A DNA stretch of 64,000 bases from Pirellulales bacterium (GTDB lineage Bacteria; Planctomycetota; Planctomycetia; Pirellulales; PALSA-1355): the NCBI GenBank assembly GCA_040877415.1, contig JBBDNV010000157.1, positions 230-64,229 of the forward strand, in the 5' to 3' direction. Numbering within the stretch: position 1 is the first letter of the stretch; the number at the start of each line of letters is the position of its first letter. The position numbers and the translations under genes were made by a program. The notes under the pieces were generated by a model. That model was not told the DNA's origin. It saw only the letters and a program-made list of their open reading frames with translations, and did not search any database. Positions 30,432-40,019 of the stretch are shown piece after piece.

Positions 30432-31847
30432 GTGAACCGCGCAATAAACGATGACGAGCTCGTCAGGCACCTGGCCGCTTTCTCCCAAGAGCACGTGTTG
30501 GCGTTTTGGCACGAGCTTGATCCGCAAAAGCGCGACAGGCTCGCCGCTCAAGTGGAACAGCTCGATTTAAGGCTTCTCGACGAGCTGTTTCGCAATCAGG
30601 TCGCCGGCGAAGACTGGGCTCGCGTGGCTCGCCGCGCTGCCGCGCCCCCCGCGTTTCGTCTCAACGAGCGCCGTCCGTCGGTCTCGCCGGAGCAGGCGCA
30701 CCAGCGCGGCCGACAAGCGCTCGAAGCCGGCCACGTCGGCGTGATTCTGGTGGCCGGAGGGCAGGGCACCCGGCTGGGTTTCCAGCGTCCCAAGGGGATG
30801 TTTTCGATCGGACCGGTTTCGGGCGCGTCGCTGTTTCAAATCCTGTTCGAAAAAATTGCGGCCCGGTCGCGCGCCGCGCAAATGCGGATTCCGCTGTACC
30901 TGATGACCAGCCCTGCCACGCACGAAGACACCGTGAAATATTTGGCGGCCAACGAATACTTCGGCCTGGCGAGCGAAGACGTCAGAATCTTTTGCCAGGC
31001 AGCGATGCCCGCGGTTGACGCGGTCACCGGCCGGTTGCTGCTGGCCGCGAAGGGGGAGCTGGCACTGAGTCCCGACGGCCACGGCGGCACGCTGCCGGCA
31101 TTGGCTGCCGGCGGCTGTCTGGCGGACATCCGGGCCCGCGGCCTGCGGCAGTTGTTCTATTGCCAGGTCGACAATCCGCTGGTGGAAATGTGCGATCCGC
31201 TGTTTCTCGGTTATCATTTGCTCTCCGACTCCGACCTTTCGACGCTGGTGGTGGCCAAGCGTCATTCGCGCGAGCGCGTGGGAAACGTCGTGTCGATCGA
31301 CGGCCAGATGCGGATGATCGAATACAGCGATCTCAACCCGCTTGAAGACGAAATCGTCGAGCGCCGCGGGCCGGAGGGCGGGCCGGTGTTCTGGGCCGGC
31401 AACACGGCCATTCACGTTTTCGACGCCGCGTTTCTCGAATCGATGGCCGCCACGACCGCGGCGCTGCCGTTTCACGCGGCGAAGAAAGCGGTCGGCTACG
31501 TCGACGCCGCGGGCCGGACCATTGCGCCGCGCCAGCCGAACGCGATCAAGTTCGAGCGGTTTATCTTCGACCTGCTGCCGGCGGCGCGCCGGGCAATTGT
31601 CGTCGAAGTCGACCCGGCACGAGCCTTCGCGCCGGTCAAGAACGCGCCCGGCGCGGATGCCGATACGCCCGAAAGCGCGCAGGCTCAAATGATAGCGTTG
31701 CACGCCGGGTGGCTTCGGGCGGCCGGCTGCGAAGTGGCCGACGGCGTGGCCGTTGAGGTCAGCCCGATGTTTGCACAAAATGCGCAGGAGCTGGCGGCCC
31801 AAATCCGTCCCGGAATGGCCGTGACGGGACCGCGCTATTTTTGCTAG
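30432..31847 (+). CDS. UDPGP-family (UAP1-like) UDP-N-acetylhexosamine/UDP-sugar pyrophosphorylase
   Basis: LVAGGQGTRLG..PKG, YLMTSPATH, SPDGHGG, QVDNPL, IEYSD, KFERFIFD and FAPVKN. Confidence 0.9.
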   Translation: MNRAINDDELVRHLAAFSQEHVLAFWHELDPQKRDRLAAQVEQLDLRLLDELFRNQVAGEDWARVARRAAAPPAFRLNERRPSVSPEQAHQRGRQALEAGHVGVILVAGGQGTRLGFQRPKGMFSIGPVSGASLFQILFEKIAARSRAAQMRIPLYLMTSPATHEDTVKYLAANEYFGLASEDVRIFCQAAMPAVDAVTGRLLLAAKGELALSPDGHGGTLPALAAGGCLADIRARGLRQLFYCQVDNPLVEMCDPLFLGYHLLSDSDLSTLVVAKRHSRERVGNVVSIDGQMRMIEYSDLNPLEDEIVERRGPEGGPVFWAGNTAIHVFDAAFLESMAATTAALPFHAAKKAVGYVDAAGRTIAPRQPNAIKFERFIFDLLPAARRAIVVEVDPARAFAPVKNAPGADADTPESAQAQMIALHAGWLRAAGCEVADGVAVEVSPMFAQNAQELAAQIRPGMAVTGPRYFC

Positions 31848-31850
31848 CCT

Positions 31851-31953
31851 AACAGGCCGTTGAAAAATGGGACTGGCTCCGAGCACGTCGCGGCCAGACC
31901 CGCGAAAAACGGCGGTCGCGAGGTGCCTGTCCCAGTTTTTCAACACGCGGCTA
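31851..31953. mobile_element. MITE-like element, family C (GGGACTGGCTCCGAGC...GGTGCCTGTCCC core with GTTGAAAAA/TTTTTCAAC ends)
   Basis: About 100-bp non-coding imperfect palindrome. The same core occurs at ~48454 and ~48570. Confidence 0.6.
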
Positions 31954-32012
31954 AGGCCCCCGCGGCGGGAACAATTCTCATGTGCCGTGAAAAATACCGG
32001 GTGCCGGGTGCC

Positions 32013-32096
32013 GGGTGCCATGCTCACGCGTGCGTGAGCATGGATGAGTTGAACGAGCGTGCCGGGCATGCTCACGCGTGCGTGAGCATGGCACCC
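32013..32096. repeat. REP doublet, family A
   Basis: gggtgccatgctcacgcgtgcgtgagcatg and the inverted catgctcacgcgtgcgtgagcatggcaccc, preceded by CCGGGTG x3. Confidence 0.8.
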
Positions 32097-32136
32097 TTGG
32101 CGCGACGAATGTGGCTCTGGACAAGTTAGCACAACG

Positions 32137-33279
32137 ATGCTTCATGCAGTCATCATGGCCGGCGGATCGGGAACGCGGTTCTGGCCCGAAAGCCGCGCCG
32201 CGCGCCCCAAGCAACTGCTGCGCCTGGTGGGCCAGCGCACCATGATCCAGTCGACCGTCGATCGACTGGGCGCGCTGGTTCCGCCCCAGCGGATTCTGAT
32301 CGTCACCGGCGCGCACCTGGTCGACGAGATCAAAAACCAGCTTCCACAGCTTCCTGCGCGCGCCATGATCGGCGAGCCGTGCCGCCGTGACACGGCGCCG
32401 TGCATCGGCCTGGCCGCGCTGCGGATCGTCCGCGAAGACCCCGGCGGCATCATGGCCGTGATGCCTTCGGACCACGTGATTTCGCCTGACGAGGCCTTTC
32501 AGGAAGCAATTACGCTCGCGCAAAAACTTGTTGAGCATTCCACGAATCGAATTGTCACGTTCGGAATTCGGCCTAGCTACCCCGCGGAATCATTTGGATA
32601 CATTGAGCGCGGCGCGCCCTTTGATGCCTCAGGCGATGGTTTCAACGGCGAGGAACGCGATGGAACGGTTGTCAGTGACGATGAGGTAGGTGATCAACGA
32701 CAGATCGTTTTCCATGTTCGACAATTCCGCGAGAAGCCTCAGGCCGACGTAGCACGGAAGTATGTAGAGGCCGGCACGTTCTATTGGAATTCGGGAATCT
32801 TCGTGTGGAAGGCCGCCACGATTCTGCAAGCGCTCGAAGAGCGCCAGCCGGAAATGATGAACCGGTTGAAAACGATCGTCGCGGCCGCCGACACCGCCGG
32901 CTACGACGAAGTTTTCGCCCGCGAGTTCGCGGCCATCGCCGGCATATCGATCGACTATGCCGTGATGGAACATGCCGCCGACGTCGTGGTGGTCGAGGCC
33001 CCGTTTTCCTGGGACGACGTGGGCAGTTGGCAGGCGATCGCCCGGCTCCAAGGGTCCGATGCCGAAGGCAACACGATTTCGGCCCGGCATCTCGGACTGC
33101 GCACGAGCGGCACGATCGTTCGCGGCGGCGATGATCATTTGATCGTCACGCTGGGCGTTTCCGACTTGATCGTGGTGCACACGCCCGACGCGACGTTGGT
33201 GGCCAACAAGCACGACGAAGAGGCGATCCGCCAACTGGTCAAAGTGATTGCGGACCGCGGTTGGCACGAGTACCTTTGA
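32137..33279 (+). CDS. manC: Mannose-1-phosphate guanylyltransferase
   Basis: IMAGGSGTRFWPESR..PKQ, EPCRRDTAPCI, PSDH, FREKP, YWNSGIF, ISIDYAVME and WDDVGSW. Confidence 0.93.
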   Translation: MLHAVIMAGGSGTRFWPESRAARPKQLLRLVGQRTMIQSTVDRLGALVPPQRILIVTGAHLVDEIKNQLPQLPARAMIGEPCRRDTAPCIGLAALRIVREDPGGIMAVMPSDHVISPDEAFQEAITLAQKLVEHSTNRIVTFGIRPSYPAESFGYIERGAPFDASGDGFNGEERDGTVVSDDEVGDQRQIVFHVRQFREKPQADVARKYVEAGTFYWNSGIFVWKAATILQALEERQPEMMNRLKTIVAAADTAGYDEVFAREFAAIAGISIDYAVMEHAADVVVVEAPFSWDDVGSWQAIARLQGSDAEGNTISARHLGLRTSGTIVRGGDDHLIVTLGVSDLIVVHTPDATLVANKHDEEAIRQLVKVIADRGWHEYL

Positions 33280-33290
33280 AAGCAGGGTCC

Positions 33291-34346
33291 ATGGATCGAC
33301 GCAGCTTTACCGCAAGTTTCTTATTCGCCGCCAGCCAGGTGTTCAGACCCTGGTGGGCCAGGGCAGAAGACGTGGAAGCGCAACAGCCTTCGACCGGCAA
33401 CATGAACGCCGTCACCCCGACGCTCGGCGGAAAACAGTTCTGGGCCGACGAGCTGTTTTTTCACGATTGGCACATCCAGCGCAACGTTTTTACCGGCCAC
33501 TACCGGTTGCTGGACGGCTACAACCTGCGGCATGCCTGGGGCACTTTTGACGAATGCCGCAGCAAGCTCGAGGAGATCAAGGAGCGCCGCGGCCTGACGC
33601 CGATGCAGGGCCCGGCCGTGATCGTGTTGCACGGGCTGTTTCGCAGCGCGTCGGCCATGAGCCGCATTTGCCGTTATCTGCGCGAGGAAGGCGGCTACAC
33701 GGTGTTCAACGTCAACTACCCGACGACGCGCGGCAGCATGGCCGACCATGCCCGCTCGCTCGCCAGGATTATCGAGACTCTCGACGGGATCGGCGAATTG
33801 AACTTCGTCGGTCATAGCCTGGGCAACCTGGTGGTGCGCCACTACCTGGCCGATCACACGCGGCCCGAATGGGGCCTGCGCCCCGACGAGCGGATCAAGC
33901 GGATCGTGATGCTCGGCCCGCCCAATCAGGGCGCTCAGATGGCCGAGGCGCTCGGCGGCGTCGGATTATTCCACGTCGTGGCCGGAGCGTCCGCGAGCCA
34001 GTTGGCCCGCCAGTGGAGCGAACTGGTGGAAAACCTGGCCACGCCGGCCTGCGAATTCGGCATCCTGGCCGGCGGTCGCGGCGGGCGCGGTTATAACCCA
34101 TTGCTCGAAGGCGACAACGACCTGGTGATCAGCGTCGAGACCACGCGCTTGGCCGGCGCCGCCGACTTTGCCGTGCTGCCGGTCATCCACACCCTGATGA
34201 TGGACGATCGCACGGTCCAGGAGTATACGCTGCGCTTCCTCAAGCACGGGTATTTCGTTTCCGCCCAGGCGCGTCAGCCGATCGGGCCGGCCGGCAAGGA
34301 CGCGCTCGCGCGACAAGCCGGCAACCCGGGGCGTGCCAAGCAATAG
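33291..34346 (+). CDS. Alpha/beta hydrolase (lipase/esterase-like) with a Tat-like signal
   Basis: MDRRSF, VLHGL, FVGHSLG nucleophile elbow, LGPPNQG and NDLVISVE. Confidence 0.85.
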   Translation: MDRRSFTASFLFAASQVFRPWWARAEDVEAQQPSTGNMNAVTPTLGGKQFWADELFFHDWHIQRNVFTGHYRLLDGYNLRHAWGTFDECRSKLEEIKERRGLTPMQGPAVIVLHGLFRSASAMSRICRYLREEGGYTVFNVNYPTTRGSMADHARSLARIIETLDGIGELNFVGHSLGNLVVRHYLADHTRPEWGLRPDERIKRIVMLGPPNQGAQMAEALGGVGLFHVVAGASASQLARQWSELVENLATPACEFGILAGGRGGRGYNPLLEGDNDLVISVETTRLAGAADFAVLPVIHTLMMDDRTVQEYTLRFLKHGYFVSAQARQPIGPAGKDALARQAGNPGRAKQ

Positions 34347-34359
34347 TGGTGCAATCGCG

Positions 34360-34830
34360 GTGAATCGTCCACCCGGAAGAATCGCGGGAATCGACTACGG
34401 GACGGTGCGCATCGGCATTGCCGTCTCCGACGCCGCAGCGTCGATCGCCAGTCCGTACGAAACCTACGTGCGGCGCGGCGAGGAGCCCGACCGCCGGCGC
34501 TTCCGGCGGCTCGTGGACGAGGAGCAGATCGTGCGGTTCGTCGTCGGGCTGCCGCTGCACCTGGACGGCCGCGAAAGCGAGAAGTCGGCCGAAGCGAGGC
34601 GCTTTGGCCGCTGGCTGGCCGAAGCGACCGGCGTCGGCGTCGAATTCTTCGACGAGCGCTTCACGACGCACGAGGCCGAAATACACCTGGCCGCCGCGCA
34701 ATTGAGCAAGAAAAAGCGCAAAGCCCGGCTCGACAAGCTGGCCGCCCAGATCATGCTCTCCGCCTACCTGGAACGCCTGCGCGCGAATCCTCAAGGCGCC
34801 GACGAGCCGCCCCGCGGCCTGGATGAGTAA
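34360..34830 (+). CDS. ruvX: Holliday junction resolvase-like / pre-16S rRNA nuclease YqgF
   Basis: GIDYGTVRIGIAVSD, VVGLP, FDERFTT and DKLAAQIMLSAYL. Confidence 0.93.
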   Translation: MNRPPGRIAGIDYGTVRIGIAVSDAAASIASPYETYVRRGEEPDRRRFRRLVDEEQIVRFVVGLPLHLDGRESEKSAEARRFGRWLAEATGVGVEFFDERFTTHEAEIHLAAAQLSKKKRKARLDKLAAQIMLSAYLERLRANPQGADEPPRGLDE

Positions 34831-34833
34831 GCC

Positions 34834-35715
34834 ATGTCCAAATTGATCGTTGGCTGCGGATACCTGGGGTCGCGCGTGGCGCGGCGGTGGCGCAATGCGG
34901 GGCACGAAGTGTTTGTCGTCACCCGCGACGCGGAGCATGCCCGGCGGTTTGCCGAGGAACGCTACCAGCCAATCGTGGCCGACGTGCTGCGGCCGGCGAG
35001 CCTGGCACATCTGCCGGCTGCCGACACCGTGCTGTACGCAGTGGGCTACGATCGCGGGTCCGGCGTTTCGATTCATGAAGTGTACGCGTCCGGATTGCGA
35101 TCGGTCCTGGACGCGCTGCCGGGCGAGCCGGCGAGGATCATTTACACGAGCTCAACCGGCGTCTATGGCCAGTCGCAGGGCGAAACGGTGGATGAGGAAT
35201 CGACCACGGCGCCCACGCGCGAGGGCGGCCGCGCGTGCTTGGCCGCCGAAAGGGCACTGGCCGCGCATCGGCTGGGCCATCGCGGCGTCGTGTTGCGGAT
35301 GGCCGGCTTGTACGGACCGGGCCGCATCCCGCTGGCCGGCGAAATTCGCCGCGTTCGGCCGATCGCCGCGCCGCAGAATGGATCTTTGAATTTGATTCAC
35401 GTGGACGACGCGGCCAGCGCCGTGCTGGCGGCCGACGAGCGCGCCGTGCCGCCGCGCACGTACGTGGTTTCCGACGGCCACCCGGTCGAGCGGCGCCGGT
35501 ACTACGAAGAACTGGCGCGGTTGTTGGGCGCGCCTTCGCCCTGCTTCGCGACTTCGCCGGTCGATTCACCCGCCAGCGCACGAGCCGCGTCCGACAAACG
35601 CGTCGACAACGCGCGCATGCTCGGCGAGCTTCGCGTGCGGCTTGCGCATCCGAGCTATCGGGAAGGTCTGGCGGCCATCGTGGCGGCCCAATCCACGGCC
35701 CCCGGCGATGGTTAG
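34834..35715 (+). CDS. NAD-dependent epimerase/SDR (atypical, YeeZ-like)
   Basis: [28 protein letters not shown] and NLIHVDDAA. Confidence 0.88.
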   Translation: MSKLIVGCGYLGSRVARRWRNAGHEVFVVTRDAEHARRFAEERYQPIVADVLRPASLAHLPAADTVLYAVGYDRGSGVSIHEVYASGLRSVLDALPGEPARIIYTSSTGVYGQSQGETVDEESTTAPTREGGRACLAAERALAAHRLGHRGVVLRMAGLYGPGRIPLAGEIRRVRPIAAPQNGSLNLIHVDDAASAVLAADERAVPPRTYVVSDGHPVERRRYYEELARLLGAPSPCFATSPVDSPASARAASDKRVDNARMLGELRVRLAHPSYREGLAAIVAAQSTAPGDG

Positions 35716-35896
35716 GCAAGCGCGGCCGGCGCGGGGCGCTTGCCGTGCCGCAAGCCCGGCTTTAGAATTCGGTGCTTTGCCGGTTCCTCACTTTCGCCAA
35801 GGGCACACAGTCGCGATTACGGTCGACCCCTGCGGCAGCATCGCCGATGGTGCGCAAGTGGCCTCTTCGGCGGCCCATGCAGGAAGGACAAACGCC

Positions 35897-36679
35897 ATGC
35901 TTCAGCGGAAGCCCGTCTTCCCACACGTCATCGAAATCAATCACCAGGCCGGCGAGCGGCTGGGCTGCAACGTGTATCTGATTTTCGACGGCCCCGAGTG
36001 GCTGCTGATCGACGTGGGCTACGACGAGACGGTCGACGAGATCGTGGAATTGATCCGCCAGCTCGATTTTCCCCTGTCGCACTGCAAGATGCTGATCGCC
36101 ACGCACGCCGACGTCGACCACAGCCAGGGGATGGCCAGGATCAACCAGTTGCTGAAAACAAAACTCGTCGGCCATCGGCTGGCCGCCGACACCCTGGCCA
36201 CCGGCGATCGGATCAAGACGTTTGCCGAAATCGCCGCGCAGGACATCCACCTCGAAATGCCGCCGGTGAAGCTGGACGCCTTGATCGACGAGGGCGACAA
36301 GATTCGCGTCGGCCAACTGGAGCTCGAAGTCTGGCACACGCCGGGGCACACCGACAGCCAGCTTTCGTTCCGACTGGGCAAGCTGCTATTGAGCGGCGAC
36401 AACATCTATCGCGACGGCTGCGTGGGCGCGATCGACGCTCATCACGGCAGCGACATTCAGGCCTTTATCGCATCGCTCAAACGGATTCGCGCAAGCGACG
36501 TCGAGTGGCTTCTGCCCAGCCACGGGCCGATCTTCCGCAAGGACGACGCGCTGTTGGATGCGGCCATTAAGCGGCTCGAGGGCTATCTGCACATGGCCGA
36601 TTTCGGCACCTGTGCCGTCGACTGGCCCCTGATGGACGAGTGGGACAGGGAATTGGCGGCCGGCAAGATGCCCCAGTAG
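35897..36679 (+). CDS. MBL-fold metallo-hydrolase
   Basis: LLIDVG, THADVDH, HTPGHT, SGD and PSHG. ATG after an AGGA RBS. Confidence 0.85.
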   Translation: MLQRKPVFPHVIEINHQAGERLGCNVYLIFDGPEWLLIDVGYDETVDEIVELIRQLDFPLSHCKMLIATHADVDHSQGMARINQLLKTKLVGHRLAADTLATGDRIKTFAEIAAQDIHLEMPPVKLDALIDEGDKIRVGQLELEVWHTPGHTDSQLSFRLGKLLLSGDNIYRDGCVGAIDAHHGSDIQAFIASLKRIRASDVEWLLPSHGPIFRKDDALLDAAIKRLEGYLHMADFGTCAVDWPLMDEWDRELAAGKMPQ

Positions 36680-36915
36680 CTAGCATCATTGCCCTGACGA
36701 CGGATTCGTAACACCGCTCCAAGCGTCAGGACAAGCCCGGACCTGCATCCTGACCGACGGCGAGCGGCCTGACCGTGACGGTTCTGACGAATATTCCCTC
36801 AATACGGTCTGTGACGGCTGCCGATGCTGTAGTTAGACCCAGGCACCCCGGACGCGCCAGCGGCCCAAGTGCCGCGCGTCCGCACGAATTGGATTCACAC
36901 AGGGGGGAATCTTCG

Positions 36916-37266
36916 ATGGTCCGCCGGATGTTGCTCATCGCTTGCTCGGCGGCGGCTTTGACCGTGCTGGCTGCCCGCGATGCCCGAGCCCAACAGCCCT
37001 TCGCTCAGAATTACGGCCAGCAGGCTTTCGGCCGGCAATGGGGCGGCAGCTACAGCACCCAGGATTGGAACCGCCTTTACCACTACCCCTACGTCTACTA
37101 TCCGCAAAACTTCTGGGCGAGCGAGTATTTTCAGAGCTCCAACGATTTGTACTTCCGTTATCCACCCGAGATGCGCGTGCCGGTGTACAACAAGCAGTGG
37201 ATGAACATGTTTCCGGAGGGCCGTTTGTATCACGCCGGCCACCACTTCATTCTCGACCAGTTCTGA
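36916..37266 (+). CDS. Small secreted Tyr/Trp/Gln-rich hypothetical protein
   Basis: Purine-rich RBS, signal peptide ending ARA-QQ, aromatic-rich mature part. Confidence 0.7.
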   Translation: MVRRMLLIACSAAALTVLAARDARAQQPFAQNYGQQAFGRQWGGSYSTQDWNRLYHYPYVYYPQNFWASEYFQSSNDLYFRYPPEMRVPVYNKQWMNMFPEGRLYHAGHHFILDQF

Positions 37267-37295
37267 TTGTTCCTGACGCGCCGGTGTTTGGATTT

Positions 37296-37405
37296 GGCTG
37301 CCACCGGTGGCCGTCGGGTCTCCTGTGCTTAACCACGTGCGTGGAATTCACTGACTTTGGTGAGAACCAGCACCCCAGACCCGCGGACGGCCACCCGTGG
37401 CAACC
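37296..37405. repeat. REP-like inverted doublet related to family B
   Basis: ggctgccaccggtggccgtcgggtc ... gacccgcggacggccacccgtggcaacc. Confidence 0.5.
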
Positions 37406-37449
37406 ATTGCCGAAACGGGGTCGGTCCATTGAAACGGGGCCGCGATTCG

Positions 37450-37506
37450 AAGGGGTCGGGAGTCGCACGGACTCTCGATCCCTTTATTTTTCGAGACGCG
37501 CGGCTA
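37450..37506. repeat. Hairpin repeat/terminator abutting the stop codon of the M20 gene
   Basis: aaggggtcgggagtc-gcacg-gactctcgatcccttt followed by tttttcgagacgcgcggcta. Confidence 0.55.
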
Positions 37507-38700
37507 AACGTTCAGCCCGCGGCAGCCAAATCGGTAGAGAGCTTCGCTGGCCCGGGCCAATTGATCGAGCGCGAGCCATTCGTCGGCGGTGTGGGCCTGG
37601 TCGATCGAGCCGGGCCCGAACACGATCGACGGCACGCCGGCGGCGCTGATCGCGGCCGCGTTCGTGCCGTAAGGAACCCCCGTCGAACGACTGGCGACTT
37701 GTGCCTCCCGGGCCGCTGCCACCATGCGCTCGGCAAGCGGACCGTTGCTCTGGTCCGACAGGCCAAAGCCGATCAAGTACGGCTTCTTGTGCTCGATCGC
37801 TTCGTCGCCGCCGGTTTCGCTGGTCACATAATCGACGATCTGCCGATAGGCCTCGTTTGGATCTTCGCCGGGAATCAGCCGCCGGTCGATGTCGATCGTG
37901 CAAGAATCGGGCACCGTGTTGACGCTCATTCCGCCGGCGATGACGCCGACGCTCAACGTGGGCGTTCCGCACAACGGGTGCGGTCTCATTTTCGTGGCCA
38001 CTTCGTCATGATAGCGCTCGAGCACCCCCAGCACGCGCGCCATCTTAAAGATGGCATTGACGCCCAGGTGCGGTTGCGAGCTGTGCGTGGCCCGGCCGTG
38101 AGCGCGGCATTGCCAGCGCGCCACGCCCTTGTGGGCCACGACGACCTGCAATTCGGTCGGTTCGGCCACGATCGCCGCGTCGGGACGGCGCGGAATGATT
38201 GAGCCCGGCTGCGACCAAAGCTCCACGAGCGCCATCGCGCCCGAGTAGCCGTATTCCTCGTTGACTGTGCAGGCCATGATGATCGTGGGCATGCCGCGCG
38301 GCCGCTCTTCGGCCAACCGCGCAAAGGCGCCAAGCATCGCCGTCAGCCCGCCCTTGATGTCGCACGATCCGCGGCCGTACAGCCGGCCGTCGCGCACCAC
38401 CGGCGTCCACGGTTCGATCGTCATGCCGTCAACCGGCACGGTATCCTGATGGGCTTCGAACAGCACCAGCGGCCCGCCTTCGGCCGGCGGATTCTGGCCG
38501 TCGATGCGCGCCACGATGTTGTCGCGCAACGGCTCGACCGTTTGACGCTGGAAAGGAACGTCGAGCGACCGAAAAAGCGATTCCAGATAGTCGGTGACTC
38601 GGTGCTCGCAATGCACCGCGTCGCTGACTTTCTTGCCCATCGGGTTGACGCTGGGCAGCGCCACCAGATCGCTTAATGTTTGCGTGAGGTCCAAGGCCAT
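37504..38700 (-). CDS. M20 metallopeptidase, ArgE/DapE-like
   Basis: EAHQDTVP, GRLYGRGSCDIKGG, VNEEYG, AEPT, GRATHSS and FGPGSIDQAHTADE. Confidence 0.9.
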   Translation of the reverse strand: MALDLTQTLSDLVALPSVNPMGKKVSDAVHCEHRVTDYLESLFRSLDVPFQRQTVEPLRDNIVARIDGQNPPAEGGPLVLFEAHQDTVPVDGMTIEPWTPVVRDGRLYGRGSCDIKGGLTAMLGAFARLAEERPRGMPTIIMACTVNEEYGYSGAMALVELWSQPGSIIPRRPDAAIVAEPTELQVVVAHKGVARWQCRAHGRATHSSQPHLGVNAIFKMARVLGVLERYHDEVATKMRPHPLCGTPTLSVGVIAGGMSVNTVPDSCTIDIDRRLIPGEDPNEAYRQIVDYVTSETGGDEAIEHKKPYLIGFGLSDQSNGPLAERMVAAAREAQVASRSTGVPYGTNAAAISAAGVPSIVFGPGSIDQAHTADEWLALDQLARASEALYRFGCRGLNV

Positions 38701-38944
38701 GGCCGGCGTCGCTCGGGCGGCAAGGGGGCAGAAGCGTTCTCATGATAACGCTTTGCGTGCCGTTTAGCCCGGAGCCAACGGCGACGGGCTAAACGGGGGC
38801 GATGGCCGTTCGTCGTGTACGGACGGTGCTGCGCTTGACCGGCCCGACGAGGGTCGATACCATTTTCGATGCGTTCCCACCCCAAACAGGGGCCCGGATT
38901 TACGACGATTTTCGCACCCAGACCCGAACCGGGTCTTTTATTAG

Positions 38945-38978
38945 GGCCCACTTTGTGACAAGATTCACAAAGTGGGCC
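38945..38978. promoter_or_regulatory. Palindromic operator upstream of nuoA, Rex-box-like
   Basis: GGCCCACTTTGTGA-CAAGAT-TCACAAAGTGGGCC. The core TTGTGACAAGATTCACAA (38953-38970) differs at one position from the Rex consensus TTGTGAAnnnnTTCACAA. Confidence 0.7.
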
Positions 38979-39000
38979 GTTTCCCGGGATTTCTCGCGCC

Positions 39001-39399
39001 ATGGAACAAGCCGTCCTGCCGATCTTTCTGTTCGCCGCCTGTGCCATCGCCGTGGCATTGGCCCTCTTGGGCGTTAGTGCCGTGGTCGGTCCGAGCAAAA
39101 CCGGACGCGTCAAGGAGATGCCCTATGAAAGCGGCATGGACCCGATCCACGACACGCGACGCCGCTTCGACGTGCGGTTCTACCTGGTGGCGATTGCCTT
39201 TCTGGTCTTCGACGTCGAGTTGTTGTTCCTCTATCCGTGGGCCGTGGCCAGCCGCAACCCGCAAGGCATCGACCACGCGATCGAAGCCGGCTGGGTGACC
39301 GGCCGCGGACTGGTATTTGCCGAGGTTCTGGCATTCGTCGTGCTGTTGGTCGCCGGCTTTGTGTACGCCTGGCGGAAGGGGGTTTTCCGATGGCGATAG
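39001..39399 (+). CDS. nuoA: NADH-quinone oxidoreductase subunit A
   Basis: PYESGMDP, FYLVAIAFLVFDVELLFLYPW and YAWRKG. Confidence 0.96.
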   Translation: MEQAVLPIFLFAACAIAVALALLGVSAVVGPSKTGRVKEMPYESGMDPIHDTRRRFDVRFYLVAIAFLVFDVELLFLYPWAVASRNPQGIDHAIEAGWVTGRGLVFAEVLAFVVLLVAGFVYAWRKGVFRWR

Positions 39400-39971
39400 A
39401 GGTGCCGGAAAACGTCGTCGTCAGCCGGCTCGACGCGCTGGCCAGTTGGTGCCGCAAAAACAGCCTGTGGCCGATGCCGTTCGCCACGGCTTGTTGCGGG
39501 ATCGAATTGATGGCCACCGGCGCCAGCCGTCACGATCTGGCCCGCTTTGGCGCCGAGGTGCTGCGCTTCAGCCCGCGCCAATGCGACCTGATGATCGTGG
39601 CCGGCCGCGTGGTGATGAAGATGCTGCCCGTGTTACAGCGCATCTGGCAGCAGATGCACGAGCCGAAGTGGTGCATTTCGATGGGGGCTTGCGCATCGAC
39701 CGGCGGAGTGTTCGACACCTACTCGGTGGTGCAGGGAATCGATCGGTTCCTGCCGGTCGACATGTACACACCGGGCTGTCCGCCGCGGCCCGAGCAGTTG
39801 ATTCAATCGATCATCGATTTGCAGGAGTTGATTCAGCGCGAGGGCACGATTTCCGGTCGGGAGTTCGCGGCGCGAAGTCGCCAGCAGCCGAAACGGGCGC
39901 TAGTTGAGCTGAGCGTCGTTACGCTGCCGCGCGGAGTGAGTCGCTTGCCGCAGAGAGTTCGCGTCGAGTAA
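39390..39971 (+). CDS. nuoB: NADH-quinone oxidoreductase subunit B
   Basis: ATACCGIE, SPRQCD, MGACAS and PGCPPRPE. Confidence 0.96.
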   Translation: MAIEVPENVVVSRLDALASWCRKNSLWPMPFATACCGIELMATGASRHDLARFGAEVLRFSPRQCDLMIVAGRVVMKMLPVLQRIWQQMHEPKWCISMGACASTGGVFDTYSVVQGIDRFLPVDMYTPGCPPRPEQLIQSIIDLQELIQREGTISGREFAARSRQQPKRALVELSVVTLPRGVSRLPQRVRVE

Positions 39972-40019
39972 GGCGCAAGCGGCGTAATCCGCCTGAGTGC
40001 TTTCGTGCAAGGACCGCGA

